A stretch of DNA of 64,000 bases. Source: Octopus sinensis (lineage: Eukaryota). Below the pieces are notes generated by a model, which had not been told where the DNA came from, did no database searches, and saw nothing but the letters and a program-made list of their open reading frames with translations. The stretch lies in NCBI RefSeq assembly GCF_006345805.1, contig NC_043002.1:105338001-105402000 (forward strand), given 5' to 3'. The position numbers were made by a program, and so were the translations under genes. Of the stretch, positions 1-10,532 are shown piece after piece (within the stretch, counting starts at the first letter, position 1; the number at the start of each line of letters is the position of its first letter).

Positions 1-271
1 TCGCCCTATCTAGAAATTGAGTATCGACAAATATTTTACACAGAGAGGAAGTTAAAGTGCAGAATCACCCATATTGCGTGTGTACTTTGTTGATCAAGAA
101 GTGCTTATTAAACTTAAGAAACTCTTCCAATGACCAAGGCGATAACTGTAGCACACGCACTCTAGGTCTCTATTTTCCTCTAAAGTGGACAATTTTGTAT
201 CTCTCTATCACTTGTTTCATTATCACTTACTGATGCCTCTGGGATTAATATGTAACTGTTATTTACGGCAG

Positions 272-345
272 ACACGATTTTGATGTGTGTTTTCTGCCAA
301 CTTTCTTGATAATAGTTTGGTATCCAGGAGTCTGCAATAATGCAG
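272..345 (+). CDS. Putative internal exon 1 (of those visible) of an unidentified plus-strand gene; HDFDVCFLPTFLIIVWYPGVCNNA
   Basis: Acceptor tgtaactgttatttacggcag, donor cag|gtaaac; 74 nt, phase 2 to 1, open frame; joins in frame to 4753-4873. The antisense frame is also open, so strand rests on splice sites and phase chaining. Confidence 0.5.
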
Positions 346-647
346 GTAAACTTTAATAAAAGTAGGTGGGAAAAACCGACCAGCAATAAGGCCAGGTATA
401 TGTGGCTAATTCTAGACGTAAAGGAGGCCATAATCCGATTGGCTTCATTGAACCAGCATGAGCGCCGATTATAGGATAAAACAAGTAAAAGCATTTCAAT
501 AAATAGTAATGAATATCATTAAATGTATGCACCAATAGACTTGGGTCTGTATGTTCATGCGTTTCTATGCGTGAAATTATTTGTGGCACTTACGAACACA
601 CGTTCTTGCACACACATGTACGCCTATATTGCTTCGGCGAGCGAGTA

Positions 648-691
<44 letters not shown>

Positions 692-728
692 TGTATACAA
701 TTAAGTACATTTATATATACATACATAC

Positions 729-800
<72 letters not shown>

Positions 801-1419
801 ATGTATATATACATATGTATATGTGTGTTTCTATTACATATTTATGTGTGTGTGTGTGTATATATGTGATTTGTGAGTGCGAACATGTGTGTACATGCCT
901 TATTCCTTTCGAAAATAATCGATTCCTGACCAAGATCTGTCTATTCCACATAGAATTAGGTCAGAACGAAGCTGAAGATTTCTTGTCAAAACAAAACATC
1001 AAATTGAATTCGAGATGTCATGTCTTGAAGTCAGGATAAAAGACACAGAATGGAAAATCATGTTGCAGCAGTGAACGGTAAATATGTTAATATATTATTA
1101 TAATCATAATAAACAACACCATCACCACTACTATCAACATTACAAACAACGCCACCAATACCACCAACCACAGCACCACCACTATCACCACCATCATCAT
1201 CACCATCTTTGATATTTACTGCATTTGAATCTTTAGTACCGCGGATAAGATGGTTAGCGGTATATCTTCCGGCACTTTACGGTCAAAAACACCACCGTGC
1301 CCTACTTTCCCTTAAATCCATTCAGGCTCAATAAAAATAAGTAGAAGACAAGGACTGAGGTCCTTGTAATGGACTATCTCCTTCCCCAAATTTTCTGCCC
1401 TTGTACCTATAACAGAAAG

Positions 1420-1504
<85 letters not shown>
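1420..1504. repeat. (ATT)n microsatellite at the 3' tail/target of the adjacent LINE
   Basis: Pure ATT triplet array. Confidence 0.95.
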
Positions 1505-2072
1505 GAGTGAGAAAGCAGTGCATGCCATCAAAGTGACACTTCACTACCGAGTGCAGCTCTGTGTGCATTGGGCATATGCTGTGATTTGTTGTGATGCTCT
1601 GATGGTTACTGTATTGAAAGTGTTTTGCGTAGGATGTGTGCAGTGCCCAGTAGTGCAATTTTCTGTATGTTATATGTGTTTGTAAGTCCTGTTGTTTTTG
1701 TTATGTATTTGTCTGAATATTTCTTTTTATCGTGCCTACGATGATAGGAATTGTTTCTGTTTTTAGATTCCACATTCGAGTTACCTCTATTTCCATGTCT
1801 TTGTATTTTGAAAGTTTCTACATTTCTTTTAGAGACACGTTGTCATCTGCTGGTATTGATACATCAATTAGAAAGCATTTTTTTTTCTTCATGATCTCTG
1901 ACAACTATCTGGCCTTTTGGCCTTAATTTCTCTATCTGTGTGTAATGGCATATCCCAGAGTATGGTTGCTTTCTCGTTTTCTGTGACCTTTTCTGGTGTG
2001 TGCCTATATCATCATTTTTCTGTTGTTATTCCATAGTTTTGACATAGCTTCCAGTATATGTAAGTCCTAACC
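1505..2072 (-). mobile_element. R4/Dong-like non-LTR retrotransposon 3' fragment (REL endonuclease end plus 3' UTR); terminal ~36 bp match the 555-bp element end
   Basis: Minus translation gives IVVRDHEEKKCFLIDVSIPADDNVSLKEM*KLSKYKDMEIEVTRMWNLKTETIPIIVG...IQKIALLGTAHILRKTLSIQ*, i.e. the PD-(D/E)xK REL motif with stops and frameshifts. Confidence 0.85.
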
Positions 2073-2109
2073 TTCCTAAGTATCCGAGCTGATCCCTAAA
2101 CTAAACTAG

Positions 2110-2300
2110 GTTTTATGTCTATTTCCTCCATTCCTCCATCCATCTGTTCAAATCTGTAGGAATAATTTCTAATGCGCCTGTAACGACTGGGATACATTTT
2201 AGCAACACTTCCCATTGTAACCCAATGGTTACGTCCTGCTAGTTTGTTATTTTCCCTTTGCTTCTCATATTGACTTTCTCATAATTTGGGACTGCAACCC
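2110..2300 (-). mobile_element. Second REL-endonuclease LINE fragment (different, more decayed subfamily)
   Basis: Minus translation LQWEVLLKCIPVVTGALEIIPTDL resembles the REL C-terminal IPVVxGALG motif. Confidence 0.5.
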
Positions 2301-2408
2301 TATATTCTCTTCGTCTACAACTACTAAACCTGGCCTTCTGGCTTCTAGTACTCTGCCAGTCACAATGTTGACATCCTGCAACATCTTATACCTCTTACTG
2401 TCTAATAC

Positions 2409-2839
2409 ATGTAAAGTATAGAAGCCATCTTATCATGGCTAACCACATTGGGGAGGGGGTTGTTACTGTAGCTTTATAGCGCCAAGAGATCTTCGTCTCT
2501 AGCTGGCTCTAAACACAATATCTGTGTCTTTGGAGTATTTGCAAAGGGAGGCCATCCCTTCCTCGCAAGCCTGGGTGATAAGCTCGAACTAGTTTCGGGA
2601 TGTTTGTCCCTCGTCAACGGGCGGCAACCACCAGGTAGCGATGAAAAGTGAAGGCTCCTTTGCAAATAGATATAAGTTTTTCTAATGGCGTCTGCCACTG
2701 ATGTCGAAAAACGAACAGTAAGCATAATTAAATCTCAGAATGAGATTGAAACAGTAATCACTCGATAATGTAAAGTATAGAAGCCATCTTATCATGGCTA
2801 ACCACATTGGGGAGGGGGTTGTTACTGTAGCTTTATAGC
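2409..2839 (-). mobile_element. Retrozyme/Penelope-pLTR-like unit: 359-nt monomer with 72-bp terminal direct repeat and one hammerhead
   Basis: 2409-2480 is identical to 2768-2839; HHR at 2582-2622; internal inverted repeat tatttgcaaagg / cctttgcaaata encloses the HHR; no meaningful ORF. Confidence 0.6.
2582..2622 (-). ncRNA. Minimal type I hammerhead ribozyme, C3U variant core
   Basis: Minus strand: gcccg UUGACGA GGGA caaaca UCCC GAA ACUAGU U cgagc; palindromic stem III (ACTAGT); cleavage triplet GUU; one mismatch in stem I. Confidence 0.6.
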
Positions 2840-2916
2840 CCCCTAGATTTAAGAAGTGAGAAAATATTTACATTATTTACATTTAACGGATATTTTTCCT
2901 CATCTTGTTTGTTGTT

Positions 2917-2962
2917 AACACAACGTTTCGTCTGATATACTCTCCAGCCTTCATCAGGTGTC
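2917..2962 (-). ncRNA. Minimal type I hammerhead ribozyme (canonical core, extra A after A9)
   Basis: Minus strand: gacac CUGAUGA a GGCUG gagaguauau CAGAC GAAACGUU gugu; stem I gacac/guguu; loopless palindromic stem III (AACGTT); a sister copy lies at 32715-32761. Confidence 0.75.
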
Positions 2963-2984
2963 TTCATCAGGCGTCTCACTTATT

Positions 2985-3130
2985 AGTATGTTCAAATTCT
3001 GGCTTTCTGCATAAGTCCAGGTGAATTACTCTTCTGAGGTTGTCGTGTTTTTTTCTTGTATTCTCTCTGTGCCAGCGTACTACCTCCTTCGATTTATATC
3101 ACCTACTTTGGGAATCTGATTTTTGTGTCT
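2985..3130 (-). mobile_element. Short R4/Dong-like LINE fragment (region after the zinc knuckle)
   Basis: Minus translation LAQREYKKKHDNLRRVIHLDLCRK resembles the EYxxRHDxVxxxIHWxLC motif. Confidence 0.55.
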
Positions 3131-3134
3131 TGGC

Positions 3135-4035
3135 TACGCTAGTGCATGCTAATTTGGTTAGCAATTATTTTATCTTGAGGTTAGTTGAAATCAAATCTCA
3201 GAAATTTTTCTTAAGATTCTTGCCCAACAAATGATGGTACGCTTGCGCAGGTCGACAATGCGAGTTTCAATTCCAAATTCTTTCTGTCTTTTAGGCAGCA
3301 TTTTGACTGTTGTTCAAAATGCACCTTTTACTATAGGAAAAATTGTTGCCTTGGTCTTCCACACTCTCCCCAGCTTTCTGATCCTGCGATTTCTCAGTTT
3401 TTTTTTCCATTTCTTTGATATCGACTGCTGTCATAAAGAATTGCAGAATCTATGATCTTGCATTGTTTCATTATTTTGTCCTGTATAATGTCTAGTCTTC
3501 TTTCCTCAATAGAATGGTCAGTTTTGTAATTTTCATTTTCTATCACAACCCCTGGATCGTACTGATACCAGTTTTCTGTTGTTCTGAAGCTACACACTCT
3601 TCTAACATCCCAATGCACTCTTTTGCTCACACAGTCATCTCTGCGCTTGTATTCATTCTGTGTTGTTTTACTGCTCTCACTCAAAATGTAATTGATACGC
3701 TCATCTCTTTTTACATTTTTTGTCTGACTGAAACTTGTCGATCTTTGCCTTGATTAGGTTTATTGTTCTAAGGTGTTGTTCCTGTGCGACCGTAATTAAC
3801 GTATCTGTTTCCAGTTTCGAGTTTCTGTCCGTCAACCAAAGCCAGCCGTCTTTAATTCCAGCACTTTCGGTTTGTTGCATGAATTAATCTTGCAGTTCCA
3901 TTTCTTTCGATTTGCTCATTCTGCTGTTCTTCTTTTTCTCTTTAAATTCTTCTGCCGTTTCAGTTAATTTTTCCCTATCTTTGGCCACTGAAAGTATTCT
4001 TTCTTTACTCGGCACCGCATAACTCTCCAGACCCA
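3135..4035 (-). mobile_element. R4/Dong-like LINE 3' fragment (post-RT region, zinc knuckle, REL), decayed
   Basis: Minus translation includes EYKRRDDCVSKRVHWDV..., WYQYDPGVVIENENYK, ERRLDIIQDKIMKQCKIID and LRKISEI*; many indels. Confidence 0.75.
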
Positions 4036-4041
4036 GGATCG

Positions 4042-4153
4042 TAGTACCAACACTGACTTATTACATTATTAGTACCAACACTGACTTATTACATTATTAG
4101 TACCAACACTGACTTATTACATTATTAGTACCAACACTGACTTATTACGTTAT
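4042..4153. repeat. 28-bp minisatellite, 4 copies
   Basis: tagtaccaacactgacttattacattat starts at 4042, 4070, 4098 and 4126. Confidence 0.95.
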
Positions 4154-4194
4154 TACAGAACAACGCATGACATCGTCAAAGGACACTGGGGTAC

Positions 4195-4690
4195 ATGTAT
4201 TCTTCTTCTTTTCTTCTTCTTCCTCCTCCTCCACCTTCTTCTTGTCTTCCTCATTCTTCTTCCTTCTTTCTCTTTTCCTCCTCCTCTTTCTTTTCTTCTT
4301 TCTTTTCTTCTTCTTCTTCTCTGCCAACTCTTTCTTCTCCTACTTCTCTCCTTCTCCATCTGATTTTCCTCCCCTTCCTTCTTCACTCCCTCATCCGTCT
4401 TCTCTCCCTCCTCCTCCCTCTCCTCCTTCTTCGTCCCACTTTCTCCCTCTCCTTCTCCTCCCCTCCTCCTCCACTTCCTTCTTCGTCTTCTTCTCTTTCT
4501 TCTTCTTCTTCTTCTCTTCTCCTTCTTCTACTTCTGCGACTGCTTTAGTTGTTTTGTTGCAACACAGCAGGAGGAGGAGGAAGAAGAGAAGGAGGAGGAG
4601 GATGAATAGGAGGATGAGGAGCAGGAAGACGAGGACGAGGACGAGGAGGAGGAGGAGGAAGAGGGCTGAAAGGCAAGGAGAGTAAAAGGA
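4195..4690. repeat. Pyrimidine-rich then purine-rich low-complexity tract (CTT/CCT then GGA/GAA)
   Basis: Degenerate triplet repeats. Confidence 0.9.
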
Positions 4691-4752
4691 AGATAATGAA
4701 GGAAACAGGTACTTAGATCGTCAGACACCAAGATAAATAAGGTCATTTACAG

Positions 4753-4873
4753 AACAGGTGTTGCTGAAAAATCTCCCAGGGCAAGTTGCTGTCCTTTATT
4801 ATTTCAATTCTGATGTAGGAAAAATCAACGTTCATATCAATCAAGATGTCGGCATTGATTCGTGCGTTGTTCG
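4753..4873 (+). CDS. Putative exon 2; (E)QVLLKNLPGQVAVLYYFNSDVGKINVHINQDVGIDSCVV(R)
   Basis: Acceptor gtcatttacag, donor cg|gtaatg; 121 nt, phase 1 to 2; a unique island between repeats; only one plus-strand frame is open. Confidence 0.55.
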
Positions 4874-4914
4874 GTAATGGCAAAAGATGAAGATGTACTT
4901 TGACTGACTGCATC

Positions 4915-5535
4915 CTTTCTACTCTAAGAACAAGGACCGAAATTTCGTGGGGAGGGGGACAGTCGATTAGATCAACACCAGTATGCAACTGTTACTTAAT
5001 TTATCGATCCCGAAAGGATGAAAGGCAAAGTCGACCTCGACGGAATTTGAAATCAGAACGTAACGGCAGACGAAATACCTATTTCTTTACTACCCACAAG
5101 GGGCTAAACATAGAGGGGACAAACAAGAACAGACATAGGTATTAAGTCGATTACATCGACCCCAGTGCGTAACTGGTACTTAATTTATCGACCCCGAAAG
5201 GATGAAAGGCAAAGTCGACCTCGGCGGAATTTGAACTCAGAACGTAACGACAGACGAAATACCGGTAAGCATTTCGCCCGGCGTGCTAACGATTCTGCCA
5301 GCTCGCCGCCTTACAAATATATTTTTTCTACTCTAGGCATAAGAGCCGAAATTTTTGGAGAGAGGGCCAGTCGATTAGATCGAACCCAGTACTTGGCTGG
5401 TACTTAATTTATCGACCCCGAAAGGATGAAAGGCAAAGTCAACCGGGGCGGAATTTGAACGCAGAAAGTAAAGACAGACGGAATACTGCTAAGCATTTTT
5501 CCCAGCATCCTAACGTTTCTGCCAGCTCGCTGCCT
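4915..5535 (-). mobile_element. Two tRNA-derived SINE family A copies (first with internal tandem units)
   Basis: Reverse complement of head ggcggcgagctggcagaatcgttagc (A box) and B box gagttcaaattcc; body gtcgactttgcctttcatcctttcggggtcgataaattaagtaccag. Confidence 0.9.
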
Positions 5536-6100
5536 TTTTGACTGACCGCATCTGACATATTGGTGAAATCACATTAACTCTCCCACCGCTACATTTGGAG
5601 ATTTGCCTTAGTTTCTTTTTAGACATGTATTATTCTGTTATTCTGTTATTCTTTTATTCTTTTGTTTGTTTCAGTCATTTGACTGCGGCATTGTGATCGC
5701 TTTCAGAATCAAATTGTAAACATACAAGTAAGTATCCCTAATCAAACTGTCTCCATTCCCTTATCGTATTCGAACCTAGTATCAACTATCTTAGATGAGC
5801 GTTTATGCATCTACTCGTACAATTTCTATCAATTCTTAAATCATTCCTTAATCAACCACACCCGTCTCTCCTCATCTTTTCTTTCCCCCTCACTTTCAAC
5901 TCTTCCTGCTTCTTCATATTTCAGTATTCTTAATTTTTTCCCTTCTTACACTCTTTCAACCATCACTTCATGCTCATATATGGAGCTTCAGTGGTCTTGC
6001 GACCCCTTACAGTTTCAGCCAGCTTTTTTACTGTTTTCCATTATGGGTTGTAGAACCCTACTGTCCCTCATTAATTTTCTCCTTTCAACATTATCTCTTG

Positions 6101-6274
6101 AAAAAGGACAGTGTCCGAAATGATGGATTTTTCTAAATCTCGCGGCAGTTCGCCCTACTTCGATATCGATTTTATCAATATATATATATATATATATTGA
6201 TAAAATCGATAACGGAGTAGAGTGAGCTGCCGCCAGAAATAAAAAAATCTATCATTTCAGAAAACGGCCTTTTT
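6101..6274. repeat. Foldback element: ~85-bp imperfect inverted arms around a (TA)n core
   Basis: Left arm aaaaaggacagtgtccgaaatgatgg...atcgattttatcaata matches the reverse complement of the right arm tattgataaaatcgat...atcatttcagaaaacggccttttt. Confidence 0.85.
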
Positions 6275-6421
6275 ATAAAGTTGATGCTAAATCCACAAGT
6301 TTTTTTTATTCACTCTCTGTGTATTTCCACGTGTTCCTTTCTTTTTAAGAGAGTAGACTCGAAATTTAAAAGACTTTCTCACTTTCCCGACTTCGTCTTT
6401 TCATTTCTTTCCTGCAAATTT

Positions 6422-6467
<46 letters not shown>

Positions 6468-6606
6468 TATATATATTTCAGTATGTGGCCGCGTCCTCGC
6501 AGTGTTGTTTTCTCTTCATTCATTGTTCTTGTTTGGATTGACACAACCTTGCGAGGATGTGGTACATTTAATATATTCGTAGTCGCTCAGGGAAGGAAAG
6601 AAATAT

Positions 6607-6644
6607 GTTTTAACGTTTCGAGCAGACGCTCTTCTTCGGAAACA
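6607..6644 (-). ncRNA. Hammerhead-like motif with U4C core (CCGAAGA)
   Basis: Minus strand: guuu CCGAAGA a GAGC gucu GCUC GAAACGUU aaaac. Confidence 0.55.
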
Positions 6645-6803
6645 GAGGAAAGTCCAATAGAAGGGAAGACGGAGGAAGAAAATTGCCAACGATTCACATG
6701 TCATTACATTTTGATACATATATTTATATATACATGCATACATACTTGCACACACACACACACACATATATATATGTATATAATAGTTTATATATATATA
6801 TTT

Positions 6804-6843
<40 letters not shown>

Positions 6844-6851
6844 GTATATAC

Positions 6852-6906
<55 letters not shown>

Positions 6907-7082
6907 TTCAAAGATGGAATGATTAATTATATACATTCATTTTTACAAAGAAAATTTCCACCAGACGATCTAAACTTAGTTCCGTTTAGAGACTGGACCA
7001 GTTTTTCGGATTGCTTTGTTTCGGTATTTCCCATACGTAACTATCACTCAAATTGTCCGGTATGGTGTAATATTATATTTAG

Positions 7083-7138
7083 AACAGCTGTTCAAAGATA
7101 TTGCCGTGGACGTCTTTTGAAATGCTGTACGCTACAAG
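7083..7138 (+). CDS. Putative exon 3; TAVQRYCRGRLLKCCTLQ
   Basis: Acceptor tattatatttag, strong donor aag|gtaagg; 56 nt, phase 2 to 1; in frame with flanking exons. Confidence 0.55.
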
Positions 7139-7689
7139 GTAAGGAGGTGGTCTGTATATGACCCGTAAACAAGGTTTGCTTAGGAGACATATAATTATTC
7201 AGAAGATGAAAATGCAGCTTGTTACAGTGCTTTGCGGTATGGAAATCATATTGGCATCAAACATAAGGATAATTATTCTCAGTGATTATAATTACTACGA
7301 AAGCACTGCAATAACATGACAAAACACTGAGCACCGAAACCACTGATGGGATGCACTCGTTTGCACTTTTTCCCCACATTAGAAAAACATTCAGCGATAC
7401 CATGGATTTTCATTTTGGTCGTAGAATACCAAATACCAGTTACAGAATAAGAGAATCTCCGTCGGTCTGGGAAATGGTGTTCCTGTTTTTTTTTTATGGG
7501 GACATGCTGTGGAAAGAAAGTTAAGTTTTGGCGTAAAAGAAATTAATACATAGTTATGCATACTTACACACACGCACAAACAGACACGCACACACACACA
7601 CACATACACACACCCATGCACATATATACATATATATCTATAGCTGCTTTCACATATACGAGCAGAGCCATTGCTAGAAAGAATCACTG

Positions 7690-7980
7690 AAAGAAGTCAT
7701 TGATGAAACAATGTGAGACCCTTGTATGACGCTTGAGCTCGGTGTTAATTTTGCACAATCTATTACATAATGCACACCTGTGCTGGTTGGCAGAAGGAAC
7801 AGGTGCACAGTATGAACTCTTTTGACATGCCTTTTCAGTCCCCCAATTGAGAAGCACAATTTTCCACATATTGCACATGTTCTCTTGTGAACAAAAGCCA
7901 CATCACAATTCACCATGGGGCGATTCCTGTGAGTTCTCCGGTGACTGACCAGGACTGCATGACTTCTGCATGGTGAGCTG
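7690..7980 (-). mobile_element. C2H2-type zinc-finger triplet with a frameshift, most likely the C-terminus of an RTE-clade LINE ORF
   Basis: PCRSHAVLVSHRRTH, CAICGKLCFSIGGLKRHVKRVH and, after a frameshift, CALCNRLCKINTELKRHTRVSH; no TGEKP linkers. Confidence 0.5.
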
Positions 7981-7992
7981 GAAAAAAAAAAG

Positions 7993-8131
7993 ATATAATA
8001 ATAATAATAATAATACTGAATAACTAATAATAATAATAACATAATATAATATATAATAATAAAATCATAATACATAATAATAATAATAATTATAATGATA
8101 ATGATAATGATAATAATAAAGAGAATGATAA

Positions 8132-8162
<31 letters not shown>

Positions 8163-8189
8163 AGATAATGATAATAGATAATAATAATG

Positions 8190-8231
<42 letters not shown>

Positions 8232-8315
8232 TATAATAATAATAATAATAATAAAACAACAATAAATAATAATAATAATGATAATGATAATAATAATATG
8301 ATATAATAATATGAT

Positions 8316-8346
<31 letters not shown>

Positions 8347-8350
8347 CAAT

Positions 8351-8388
<38 letters not shown>

Positions 8389-8552
8389 ATAATAATAATA
8401 ATAATAATAATAATATAATAATAATGATAATAATAATAATGATAATGATAATGATATAATAATAGAATAAAAATAATAATAATCATAATGATAATAATGA
8501 AACGATAATAATATGATGATGATGAGATATGATGATGAGATGATGATGATAA
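7993..8552. repeat. Compound (AAT)/(GAT) microsatellite
   Basis: Degenerate triplet array. Confidence 0.95.
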
Positions 8553-8611
8553 ATGTAACAACAAACGAATGAGACCCCGATATCAGGCAAATAGAGGATT
8601 ATTTATGTTAT

Positions 8612-9205
8612 GGTTTAGAACAAACGGTTAAAGGTTGTCATTATATTAGTAGTACTCGGAGTTTCGAATGTCGGAGCGAAGAGATTCGATACATTCTCGT
8701 CAGCTATTGATGGAAACAGACGCTATGAAAAACCTTTATATAAAAGGGAAGAAACTGTAATAGGTGGACAAAGAAAAAATTAAAAAAATACACGCAACCA
8801 TATTTTCACAATATATAGATATAAACATCCTACGTTCACAACGACATACATGTATGTTTGTGTGTGTGTGCGTGTGTATGTTTGTGTACGTGTGTATGTT
8901 TGTATAAGTGTGCACATATGTACACGTTGTGAACGCTGGAGTTTTATGTCTATGTATTGTGAGAAAATGGTTGCGTGTATTTTTTATCTTTTTCTTTGTC
9001 CACCTATTAGAGTTACTTCCCTTTTATTTTACAGTTTTTCATAGCGTCAGTTGCCATAGCGTCATATCCGACGAGAATGTATCGTAGCTCTTTGCGCCGA
9101 CATTCGAGTATTATATTGACAACCTCTTAACTCCGAGTACTACAATGACAACCTCTTACTCCATGTACTATAATGACGACCTTTTACAGTTTGTTCTCAA
9201 ACATG
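8612..9205. mobile_element. Foldback element (about 230-290-bp diverged inverted arms, GT-rich spacer), Penelope-pLTR-like, with an HHR in each arm
   Basis: Arms share gacgctatgaaaaac...aataggtggacaaagaaaaa...tacacgcaaccat...cgttcacaacg in opposite orientation. Confidence 0.7.
8648..8708 (-). ncRNA. Type I hammerhead ribozyme, canonical core
   Basis: Minus strand: aauag CUGACGA GAAUGU...ACAUUC GAA ACU ccg AGU A cuacu; cleavage triplet GUA. The plus-strand twin at 9068-9110 has CCGACGA and has lost GAAA. Confidence 0.7.
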
Positions 9206-9803
9206 GTATATATATATACAGGCGTGTTTTAATGTATGTGTGTATTTCTGCATCGATGCTATTCAGAGATGTCGTAGGCGAAAATTTATGATTCTGCCAT
9301 TCATTGTTGTCTGAAATCACTGTTGATAAATAAAGGACCGAAGGCAATTTGCTTCATAAATATTCATAAACGAAGTACCGACAAAAACACATTATAACTT
9401 ACGTACATACGCATTCATCTAAACAGCTACACACACGCGCACGCACGAAACATACACACAAATGACAGATATGATATATTCGTATATGTTTATGTATATA
9501 TATGATGAAATTTCAGAAGCGATATTCATCTATTGGTATAGTCGTCTTTCTGCATATACTTATAAAATTTATGTTTATAAATATATTATATGCAGGCTCT
9601 CTTTTCTAATCTACACTTCCCTTTTCGCTCTATTTTCCTCTCGATGTGTGTCTGTGTGCGTGCGTATGTCTGTGTGTGTGTGTGCGTGCGTGCGATCGTG
9701 TGTGTATGTATGTATTTAAATAGGTAAACGGAGACGAAAATGAATGCGTAAACTTATTTATATCAAATATTATTTGAAGTTGAAGCTTCGTTTTCCCACG
9801 TAG

Positions 9804-9879
9804 AGTTCCGTCTTCATGCTTCTCAAATGTTAGCCAGATATAAAAGCAATTTCAAAGAACAAATATATTCCTCGATTAG
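9804..9879 (+). CDS. Putative exon 4; (E)FRLHASQMLARYKSNFKEQIYSSI(R)
   Basis: Acceptor ttcgttttcccacgtag, donor ag|gtagaa; 76 nt, phase 1 to 2; only one frame is open and it is the one needed. Confidence 0.5.
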
Positions 9880-10532
9880 GTAGAAATATAAAATAACGGT
9901 CAATTATTGTTATTTGGAAAACAGTAAACATCAGTGGTTATAGTGTAAGTGTTAGATATAAAGAATATGACGAAATGGAAGTATAAAAAATATATGAATA
10001 CACAATAGGAAAAATGCGAATCGAAATAACCTATATAATAGGACACACACGTGTCTATAACGTATTTGCATTTATCCATTCATACAGCTATTCATGGACG
10101 GACATACAAAGATACTTTGGCAATTGTGCTAGTCAACGAGTTGAAACTAAAACTCACTTATATATATATTTACCAACTCCTATACATACATACAAACATC
10201 TATATATGTGTGAGAGTGAGTGAGTGTGTGTGTGTGTGTGTTTGCTTGTAAGCGTATGTGTATCTGTGTGAGCGCACTTGCGTGTATACTTATAAATATA
10301 TATCGCTATGTTGCGTAGACACAGCAACACCGGTTGTCAAGTGATGATGGGGGTAGAAACACAGACCTACATACACATATGTATATATACATATATATTG
10401 ATATATATATATATATATATATATGTACGGATGTATATACACATATATACATATATATCTATCTATATATATGTGTATATATATGTATATATGGATATAG
10501 ATATAGATATAAGCTGGGCTACACAACAACAT

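Noticed and set aside
180-494. 104-aa minus-strand ORF
   Set aside because: In-register antisense shadow of the plus-strand candidate exon; plus-strand splice sites chain better. Not fully excluded.
523-1039. ORFs rich in Y/I/C/V/H/T (here and at dozens of other TA/CA tracts)
   Set aside because: Translations of dinucleotide microsatellites; no coding signal.
4145-4746. K/R/E-rich and S/F-rich ORFs
   Set aside because: Low-complexity GAA/GGA repeats.
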